IMG/VR virus record: IMGVR_UViG_3300005805_000002
Coordinates: 1 to 64,000 of that record
From: a virus
Lineage: Duplodnaviria > Caudoviricetes
DNA length: 64,000 nucleotides
Strand: one strand, 5' to 3'
Of this stretch, positions 46,966 to 53,641 are shown piece after piece (position 1 is the stretch's first letter; every line of letters begins with the position of its first letter). The notes under the pieces are model-generated. The model did not search any database and was not told the DNA's origin. It saw only the letters and a list, made by a program, of their open reading frames with translations. Position numbers and translations under genes: made by a program.

Positions 46966-47433
46966 TTAGGACTGGGCCTTGGCCTGCTTGGTCAGCCAAG
47001 CGCGGCGGAGAGCAGAGACCGCGTCCTCGCCAGCCTCGGCCTCGGCGAGAGCGATGAGCTTCTCGATGACGGGGGCGAGCTTTGCGTCCTTCTCTTTCTT
47101 GCTCTTGCTCTCGGACTTCTGGGCACGTTCGCGGAGGCCCAGAGCAACGAACGCATCGGAGGCACGGCGTTCGGACTCGGCCTTGGCCTGCTTCTCGGTC
47201 TTGCCGTCAGCGAGGTAGGCCTCGACCAGCGCGGCTTTGACTTGCGCCTTGAGGTCCTTGATTGCGGCTTTGCGGTCCGCGCCAGAGGCGGCGATCTCGC
47301 TGGAGATGCGCGCCTTGATTGCGTCTTTCAACGCGGCGAGGTTGGAGTTCGCCACGGCGAACGTGACGATGTCGGTGATGACGTCCTCGGTGAAGGAGAG
47401 GACGCTGCGGAGGTTGGCAATGATGTTGCTCAT
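46966..47433 (-). CDS. Ala/Lys-rich helical protein, first gene of the early block
   Basis: Strong C/G third-position codon bias; preceded by the palindrome and leader. Confidence 0.7.
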   Translation of the reverse strand: MSNIIANLRSVLSFTEDVITDIVTFAVANSNLAALKDAIKARISSEIAASGADRKAAIKDLKAQVKAALVEAYLADGKTEKQAKAESERRASDAFVALGLRERAQKSESKSKKEKDAKLAPVIEKLIALAEAEAGEDAVSALRRAWLTKQAKAQS

Positions 47434-47489
47434 AGTGGTAGTTGTGGTTAGTCGCTGGATCACGATGCTTAACCGGAAACTCGGTTAGC

Positions 47490-48380
47490 CACGGGTCGGT
47501 CGTCGTCAGCACTCGGAGACCAATCCGAATGGACAGGGGAGATGAATCCGCAATGGGTAGTTCACGATCCCCTGTTTCGACCTTTATTCAGCAGTCAGCG
47601 CACGTTCAGCAGAGGAAGCGATTGGCGAGTGGGATGCGGACAAGTGGAGCCGCAAAGTTATAAGTGCCGTTCGTATCTGCTCGTCCCGATTCGGTGTTCT
47701 ACCGACATACCTCGAAAGGCATGACCGCAAACCAATGCGGTGGCAGGCTTGACTACCTGCTGCTCCGTTACCGGACCGAGCGCACGCCCCGTTTGAGGCG
47801 TTGCTGGTCTATGGTCGGAGAGGACTGCAACTGACTTCAGTCTTGCGCCCGTTTGTAATCACGGGCATCCGTTCGCGCTACGTTTCCTCACGCTACAAGG
47901 CAATCCACAAGGGGACGAACCCCTTGGCCGGAACTGGTCTGCACCAGTGTCGCGTCCGGTCTGCCAACCCCGCCCTTACGCACCTCTACTCGGGGACTCC
48001 AAAGCCTAACTCCCATCCCGCTGGAGACGATCCAGCGCGGCGAGAGGTCAGCAAACCCCTTTCGGGCCTCGATCAGTGTTGGCCTGATTTCGCGTCTGCT
48101 CGCGCACCTTGAGGGGTCTCGTCTCCCGTCCACGATCCTCGCCGCGCGGCCCTTCATCAGTAGCCCCTATGCGGTTCAACGGATCATCCAACTGGTGGAC
48201 TTCGTTTCGATACCTCCCCTCGCCTTGCGGTCGAGTCTGAATGTCAAAGAACTGAAGGCTGCCTCGATCCCTTCTGCTGTCGGTCGGGAGTCGATCCCGT
48301 CTCGCGCTTCTGGTCTCTCGGTCTGCTACCTATTGGGGACCTCGGAGGAATTAGGTTGCCAACAGAGTAAGAAAGGGTAT
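47490..48380 (-). ncRNA. Putative large structured non-coding RNA or genome-terminus region
   Basis: No credible gene; more than 10 hairpins; GNRA/UUCG loops on the - strand; 10-bp long-range helix 48035-48044/48138-48147. Confidence 0.45.
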
Positions 48381-48409
48381 GTTGGCTAACCGGAACACTG
48401 GTTTACTGG

Positions 48410-48934
48410 ATGCCTGCCTCGCACGATCCCAAGCTGAAAGAAGAAGCTCGCCGCCTCATGGAGGAGGAAGGCTTTACTCTGACCGAGACCGCTCGGCGGG
48501 TAGGAGTGTCGAAGGCAGTGATCAGTGACTGGGCGACAGCAGGTGAATGGAGGAGGACAGAAGTCGTTCGACAGGTTAGGATACAGGAACAGAAACTGGT
48601 AACTGATCCGGTGTTAGATGCTGCGATCAAGCGACTTACGACAATGCCGAGAGGTCAACGGGAAGCGGAGTATGATGAGGCAATGCACCTTTGGGCTACC
48701 TCGATCCCGATTCTGTTGAAGCAAATCCCTCACAATGAATTAGTTACAAAGGCCGACAAGGTTGCAAAGCTCATCGAGGTATCGAGGAAAGTGCTTGGAA
48801 AAGAGGAAGGCAAATCGAAACCTGCCATGCTATCTGTCGGAATCCTGTCGTCGTCTCCCATCCCCAGCAGGATTCCCCAGCCGCTGGAAATCCTTGATGC
48901 ACAGGTGGATACGCTAACCGAAGATGCGGTTTAG
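48410..48934 (+). CDS. HTH protein, probably terminase small subunit
   Basis: N-terminal HTH 'FTLTETARRVGVSKAVISDWA..GEW'; helical 'KLIEVSRKVLG' C-terminus. Confidence 0.55.
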   Translation: MPASHDPKLKEEARRLMEEEGFTLTETARRVGVSKAVISDWATAGEWRRTEVVRQVRIQEQKLVTDPVLDAAIKRLTTMPRGQREAEYDEAMHLWATSIPILLKQIPHNELVTKADKVAKLIEVSRKVLGKEEGKSKPAMLSVGILSSSPIPSRIPQPLEILDAQVDTLTEDAV

Positions 48935-49210
48935 GTAGCGGGTTGCCTACCTGCTACCGGAAAAAGGATTCTTTTTCTGGCGGACACTGACGGCAGGGGT
49001 CTCCCCCCGGACCCTGTTCCGCAACCCACTACATTATATGTACGAAGGTTATAAAAAAGTGCCCGTTTTTCTAACAGGGCCCTCTCTGTAGCCTCTCTGT
49101 AGCCGGGTTCATCGACACGTCGCGAGAACATGTCGACGTTCGACCACTTTATCGACATGTCGCCGAACGACCACACCCGCCGGAGGGCTTCGCCACGAAC
49201 GGGTGGCCGT

Positions 49211-49527
49211 TAGGGGGAAACTCAGGGGGAAAGGGGGAAACTGTTTTTGGTAGTTTCCCCCCATCCAAAACCGCTCCGTTTACTCTGTTATTTTAGGGGG
49301 TAGGGGGGAAAGGGGGGAAACTATTTCTCTATTTCTACGGGAAGATGAAAATAAATAGATACGATGTAAAAAAAACCCGTATTATGTATTTTAGGTAGAC
49401 TTTTCAAAACATCTCCCCCTTTCCCCCCTTTCCCCCCAGTTGGACGCCAAGCCGTTCGTAAGCAGGTGCTTACGCCGAAAAATTTCGGAAAAATCCTTCC
49501 CCCCGCCGAAAAGTTTCCCCCGGTTAG
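49211..49527. repeat. Iteron-like GGGGGAAAC repeats and inverted copies flanking an AT-rich core; putative origin
   Basis: Direct copies at 49213, 49225/49233 and 49296-49321; inverted copies at 49253, 49415-49437 and 49513; AT-rich 49321-49412. Confidence 0.55.
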
Positions 49528-49555
49528 TGGTAACCAAGTACTAAGGAACCCCTAA

Positions 49556-49774
49556 TTAGTGGATCCTAAGACCCCGGTCATTGAGGATCTCCCAAAGCCG
49601 ATCCCACACCCGCTCGAAGGTCCTGTACTCCTCAATCGTATTCTCCCCGTGCTTGATCTGCGACCGGAGGTAGTTCTGGAGGTCGTCCATTGCGAACTTC
49701 CAGTCCGAGCCCTTGAGGGCGTCGAGATGGGCGTCTTCGTCTTCGGGTAGCTCGAACTCAAGGGTCGCTTTCAT
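49556..49774 (-). CDS. Conserved phage hypothetical protein
   Basis: MKATLEFELPEDEDAH...DW..AM..L..YLR..IKHG. Confidence 0.7.
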   Translation of the reverse strand: MKATLEFELPEDEDAHLDALKGSDWKFAMDDLQNYLRSQIKHGENTIEEYRTFERVWDRLWEILNDRGLRIH

Positions 49775-49793
49775 AGATTAACACATAGGATAA

Positions 49794-50207
49794 CTACGGC
49801 AGGTGAACTGGCAGTTCATCAGTGCAAAGGGGGTCACGGATTCCTGCTATCTCTACAGCTTTCAGGAAAGCCTGCTTTGTCCCCCCTGATTTCCACAGCA
49901 AGCTCGCAAAGGCTACGCGTTGCTTGTTTTCTATGGGCCTCCAAAGGTCCGTGAAGAAAGCCTCCATCAGCCTCAAGAAAGCCGCCCCGTTCTTGTAGTC
50001 CATGCCTTCCATGTGCTTGTTACCCACCCACGCGAAGAAGTGGCTGTACTTGTGGAAGCGGTCCCTGTGTGCCCGAACGCGGGAGAAAATGCACGTGGCC
50101 TTGCCGACGTACATGCACTCTTTTTCTTTGAAGAACGCGTAGCATCCCGTGAGGCCCCGGTAGCGCTCGAATTCTTGAAGGTAGGAGTTTAGGGGCTTGT
50201 GCTTCAT
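49794..50207 (-). CDS. GIY-YIG nuclease-domain protein
   Basis: GCYAF...MYVGKATCIFSRVRAH. Confidence 0.7.
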   Translation of the reverse strand: MKHKPLNSYLQEFERYRGLTGCYAFFKEKECMYVGKATCIFSRVRAHRDRFHKYSHFFAWVGNKHMEGMDYKNGAAFLRLMEAFFTDLWRPIENKQRVAFASLLWKSGGTKQAFLKAVEIAGIRDPLCTDELPVHLP

Positions 50208-50632
50208 GGGATGTGGCGAAGCTGGATCCCAAGATGCCGGGCTACTTGGATGCATTGAGCCGGGTCTCCAAATCTTGGGACCGTGGAGTAATAGACATCC
50301 GAGATCCTGTACGACGCGATCAGGGTGAGGCAGTTGGTACAGGGGAGCAGGGTTACCGCCAGCAGCTCACCCTCGCCGGGGCTGATATACCGCAGAGCAT
50401 TGGTCTCGGCATGGATCACATACTGGCGGCGGGTGTCCCGATCCGACCAGTCGATCTGGACTCCGGTGGGCCCTCCGTTGTACCCGACACCCCCGACGCT
50501 GTAGTCTTTTCTCAAGACGCAGGCTCCCACTTTGACGTAGGGGTCCTCGGACCGGGTGCAGGCAGCGTAAGCCAGTTTCATGGCGAACTCGGGCCAACTG
50601 GGTCTCTTCATTCCGTCCATAGTCGTCACCAA
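50204..50632 (-). CDS. dCMP deaminase
   Basis: HAETNAL...PCTNC; VGAC..GYNG. Confidence 0.9.
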   Translation of the reverse strand: MVTTMDGMKRPSWPEFAMKLAYAACTRSEDPYVKVGACVLRKDYSVGGVGYNGGPTGVQIDWSDRDTRRQYVIHAETNALRYISPGEGELLAVTLLPCTNCLTLIASYRISDVYYSTVPRFGDPAQCIQVARHLGIQLRHIP

Positions 50633-50659
50633 AAGTGCGCAGTTTGTGTTACTTCGTGT

Positions 50660-50908
50660 TTAGTCCCAGTATCTTTGGCTCCCGGTCAGATGGCCCGAAA
50701 ACATCCGTTCAAGAACGGCTTCGACGTCCCACGCGTAGGGGCCCCCGGCGAACATGGTTTGGATACCGAACATTTCCCCGAATCGCTTCCGGTCGATGTT
50801 TGCGTCGGCGAGTTTCTCATCCAGCTCGGTCCACGTGACGTGGGCTATGGGGTTCTTCCGAACCTCGCAGCCTATCTGTTTGAGACGGGGGAACTCGGTT
50901 GCGGTCAT
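50660..50908 (-). CDS. Hypothetical protein
   Basis: Likely start MTATE. Confidence 0.5.
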   Translation of the reverse strand: MTATEFPRLKQIGCEVRKNPIAHVTWTELDEKLADANIDRKRFGEMFGIQTMFAGGPYAWDVEAVLERMFSGHLTGSQRYWD

Positions 50909-51192
50909 AAGGGGAGAAGAATAGGAACGATCCACTTCACCTTATTTGCCCAATATGCCGCACTCATCTTACCCTTCTTGATGTTGCTGGCGTGACGAGC
51001 TTTGAACGACTCCCGGCGTTTGCGATACGATGCGGACTCTCCGGCTTTCTTCGGCGATCCGCTTACTCCCTGCTGCCCGAAGCGAATGATTTTCTCCTGA
51101 CCGCCGGAGCACGCTTTAACGACGTGACTCTTGGTCGGATGACTCGGCGTTCGCTTCGGCGAGTTGCACTTCATTTTGGATTTGTTGATCAT
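50905..51192 (-). CDS. Basic conserved phage protein (KSHVV..IRFGQQG..FKARH..AYWANKVKW family)
   Basis: Recognisable motif; strongly basic. Confidence 0.7.
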   Translation of the reverse strand: MINKSKMKCNSPKRTPSHPTKSHVVKACSGGQEKIIRFGQQGVSGSPKKAGESASYRKRRESFKARHASNIKKGKMSAAYWANKVKWIVPILLPL

Positions 51193-51196
51193 AAGT

Positions 51197-51283
51197 TTAG
51201 TCTCTCCAATCCCAGACGAGGACGAGGAGGCTGACGACCGTAGCGCTTGCAACGATCAGAGCCGCCCAGTCCCCCGCGTTCAC
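51197..51283 (-). CDS. 28-aa single-TM micropeptide
   Basis: GTG start; VNAGDWAALIVASATVVSLLVLVWDWRD. Confidence 0.45.
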   Translation of the reverse strand: MNAGDWAALIVASATVVSLLVLVWDWRD

Positions 51284-51672
51284 GGGTTCTCCTCCTTGTC
51301 GCGCCAGTCGGCGTATTGCACGAGGTTCGGGAAGTACATGTCGGTCACCTCGTCGTACTCGTAGACCATCCCATCGATTGTCTTCTTGCGTGGAGTTGTC
51401 AGTTTTCGCCAGTTGTCGACAGCGTTCTGCCAGCTCGTCTCCATTGGTTGGTTCCATTCACGAGCCGGAGGAAAGTTCCACGGGTAGGGGCGAGGAGCTG
51501 CTGCGCAACCGCCAAAAGCCACAAGACCGAAGCAAGCGTAGAGCGCGGCCAGTGTTACGGCAGCCCGGTGACCGGGCCGCTGAGGAATCCCGGCGATCAA
51601 GGAGCGAATAGCCCTCGGAATATCTTCTAGGACTTCGTCAAGCCCCTTACTCTGCGCCATCCGTCTTTCCAT
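51280..51672 (-). CDS. Membrane/lipoprotein-like hypothetical protein
   Basis: Hydrophobic stretch ending FGGC. Confidence 0.5.
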   Translation of the reverse strand: MERRMAQSKGLDEVLEDIPRAIRSLIAGIPQRPGHRAAVTLAALYACFGLVAFGGCAAAPRPYPWNFPPAREWNQPMETSWQNAVDNWRKLTTPRKKTIDGMVYEYDEVTDMYFPNLVQYADWRDKEENP

Positions 51673-51902
51673 AAAATTGTTGTCAGTCGTTTAGCGATCC
51701 CCCGGACCTGCATCTCGTTTAGCTTTGGAAACAGAATGTGCGTTGCTTCGTGCAGCATTGTGTCCAGCCGTTCTTTTTCGCCTTGTCTTGGGTCGATTTC
51801 GACCAGCGGCTTTGTTCCGTCCCACGCCAGACCGTCGGCTTTTTCCCGGCCGAGCTTTCGCTCCCTGACCCGGATTCTCTTCGGAAGTTTCTTTGCAATC
51901 AT
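51627..51902 (-). CDS. Mini-zincin (HExxH) protein
   Basis: EIDPRQ...DTMLHEATH. Confidence 0.65.
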   Translation of the reverse strand: MIAKKLPKRIRVRERKLGREKADGLAWDGTKPLVEIDPRQGEKERLDTMLHEATHILFPKLNEMQVRGIAKRLTTILWKDGWRRVRGLTKS

Positions 51903-52035
51903 GTCTCGGCTCTGGCGCGGTTTGTGCTATCGTCTTAAACCATGAAAGGAGGTGTTTCCAAATGTATTTCATTAGTGCTTCGGGGTTGGTTTACGGCCCC
52001 TATGGTGGAATAGGTATAGTCCCCAAGCGGGCTCG

Positions 52036-52350
52036 TCAAGGGGGTGTCGTGACTCCCTCTCGATTTTCCCGTTTGGTTCGGAATATAACCCGTGCCACTC
52101 TGCGTATAATGCGGATGATGTAGTTACCGCCCTGCGGTTTCTCCACCACCTCCGGTTCGTCCACGATATCCAGCGTTCCGTTGGGCAACGCTCGAATCTG
52201 GTCCGACCGGAGGTGGACAATTCCCCCGCCCTTCTCCAGCGCTACCGTCCAGATATCGTTCGCTAAGTGGCTTTCTTTACAGACGTAGATTGTCCAGCCG
52301 TACCCCAGAGGGGTCCATACGCAGAACGGTTTCTGAAACTCCAGCATCAT
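52036..52350 (-). CDS. Hypothetical protein
   Basis: MMLEFQKPFCVWTPLGYG...DIWTV. Confidence 0.55.
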   Translation of the reverse strand: MMLEFQKPFCVWTPLGYGWTIYVCKESHLANDIWTVALEKGGGIVHLRSDQIRALPNGTLDIVDEPEVVEKPQGGNYIIRIIRRVARVIFRTKRENREGVTTPP

Positions 52351-52868
52351 GGGGTTACTTGATCCCATCGAACTTGGACCAAAAGTTCCCGGCCGACTTT
52401 GAGGATTTCTACGCCGGGAAGCCTCTTGGCTACGGCCTTCATGGCCCGCGTTACCTGCGTGGAGAACGGCACGCCCGTCATTGGGTAGAGAACGGTCCGG
52501 TGGAATTCCTCTAATTTTCCGCTCCAAGTTAAAACGTTCGTTTCCTCGTAACCGGAATCGGAATAGACCTGAATGGCTTCGATGAATTGGTCGGCCAAGG
52601 TCTTCTCTTTCTTGGTTCCACCGACTTCAATAGACGCGATCAGGTGGTCCTCAGCCGAGAGACTGTAGTTTTGCAAGAACGCCGACGCCTCCGTCGCGTT
52701 CCAGTATCGGATCGTGCCGCGACGTGCAGCGAAGGCCCCTACCACGGCCGATCCTGCTGGACCTCCCGGCGCAAACTCCACGCTTATACCGTGCTTCTCG
52801 GCTTTGAAGACGACGTAGTCCCCCTCTTTGACGATAGCGGCCAGCGTTCCTGCTTCAGATATTTTCAT
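52347..52868 (-). CDS. Hypothetical protein
   Basis: Coupled ORF. Confidence 0.55.
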   Translation of the reverse strand: MKISEAGTLAAIVKEGDYVVFKAEKHGISVEFAPGGPAGSAVVGAFAARRGTIRYWNATEASAFLQNYSLSAEDHLIASIEVGGTKKEKTLADQFIEAIQVYSDSGYEETNVLTWSGKLEEFHRTVLYPMTGVPFSTQVTRAMKAVAKRLPGVEILKVGRELLVQVRWDQVTP

Positions 52869-53259
52869 CGGATCTTTCCAAGAACATTGGGGTTGACGGG
52901 CCCACGTAAGCTCCCGCCGTGTTGTACTCGAAATACTCTTCGGCCTCTTCCAAAGATGTGCCTAAATTTTTGGCGAGAATTTCGATGCACTTGGCCCGGT
53001 CGTAGACGGCAATCGGGTCTCCGTTGAGCCGCCACCGATCCCGTATGATACCGACTAGCGCTCCCTCAAGCCCGTCGGCTAGCAGCGGAGGGGTCTCACC
53101 TTCTCCCAGTAACCACTCGATAGTTGGGGTGCTTCGAGTGTTTCGGCCACGGGCTCGATCTAAATCTTGCCGGAGTTCTTCGATCTTCCAGTTCAAACGG
53201 TCGTTTTCCATGCGCGCTTCACTAAGCTGAACTTGAAGCTGCATCTCTTGCGCGGTCAT
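52855..53259 (-). CDS. Conserved phage hypothetical protein
   Basis: ADGLEGALVG..VYDRAKCIEIL..EAEEYFEYN..GAYVG..TPMF. Confidence 0.7.
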   Translation of the reverse strand: MTAQEMQLQVQLSEARMENDRLNWKIEELRQDLDRARGRNTRSTPTIEWLLGEGETPPLLADGLEGALVGIIRDRWRLNGDPIAVYDRAKCIEILAKNLGTSLEEAEEYFEYNTAGAYVGPSTPMFLERSDENI

Positions 53260-53636
53260 ATGCTTCCCTCCATTGTGTTGATTTCTCCTCCACAGGCGGC
53301 GTAGCCCGCGAGGTCGATCCAGTTGTCTTCTTTCGGAACGTGCGCCTGACGCCCCAACTTCACGCAGCACATAATGGCCGCGATGTCTGACGCCGTGACT
53401 TTGACCTCTTTTCCGTTGGTGCGGGACAGATACGCCGAGATCATTGCGGCCTGACATTTGAAGTCTTCGATTGGAGGACCGTAACTGTCGTTGCGGGGTC
53501 CGCATACCGCGTTGACGGCTTTGCTCAAGATGATCTCCGCCGGGCGCGGGTCTCTGCTTTGATCCTCAAAGAGAAGGGTCTCTATAAACTTTTTCGCTTT
53601 TGAGGGACGCTGGGTTTGTTCGGATTTAGGTGCCAT
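53256..53636 (-). CDS. DUF6378-like protein
   Basis: RNDSYGPPIEDF...MCCVKLGR...DNWIDLAGYAA. Confidence 0.75.
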   Translation of the reverse strand: MAPKSEQTQRPSKAKKFIETLLFEDQSRDPRPAEIILSKAVNAVCGPRNDSYGPPIEDFKCQAAMISAYLSRTNGKEVKVTASDIAAIMCCVKLGRQAHVPKEDNWIDLAGYAACGGEINTMEGSI

Positions 53637-53641
53637 AGTGT

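Larger units (their letters stand above)
35313..48405. repeat. Dispersed 20-bp palindrome YTAACC-N8-GGTTAR, 12 copies
   Basis: Copies start at 35313, 38249, 40696, 41322, 43015, 44135, 45129, 45576, 46410, 46868, 47469 and 48386; degenerate or extended versions at about 46950-46969 and 45324-45353. Confidence 0.95.

Noticed and set aside
40696-47488. Palindromes as classical integron attC sites
   Set aside because: At 20 bp they are far below attC length and lack L boxes, and the visible part of the integrase gives no IntI-specific evidence. They are retained only as an analogy.
48050-48170. Hammerhead ribozyme (CTGATGA...GAAA on the - strand)
   Set aside because: There is an extra A after the core, no stem I partner, and a conflict with the 10-bp helix 48035/48138.
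35313-48405. Palindromes as a CRISPR array
   Set aside because: The intervals are whole genes of 0.4-3 kb rather than 30-40-nt spacers, and there are no cas1/cas2 genes. The Cas4-like domain is in a replication context.
50204-53636. Modified-base (for example dZ) genome pathway
   Set aside because: Only a dCMP deaminase and a DUF6378-like gene are present; I recognised no PurZ, hydroxymethylase or other base-modification gene.
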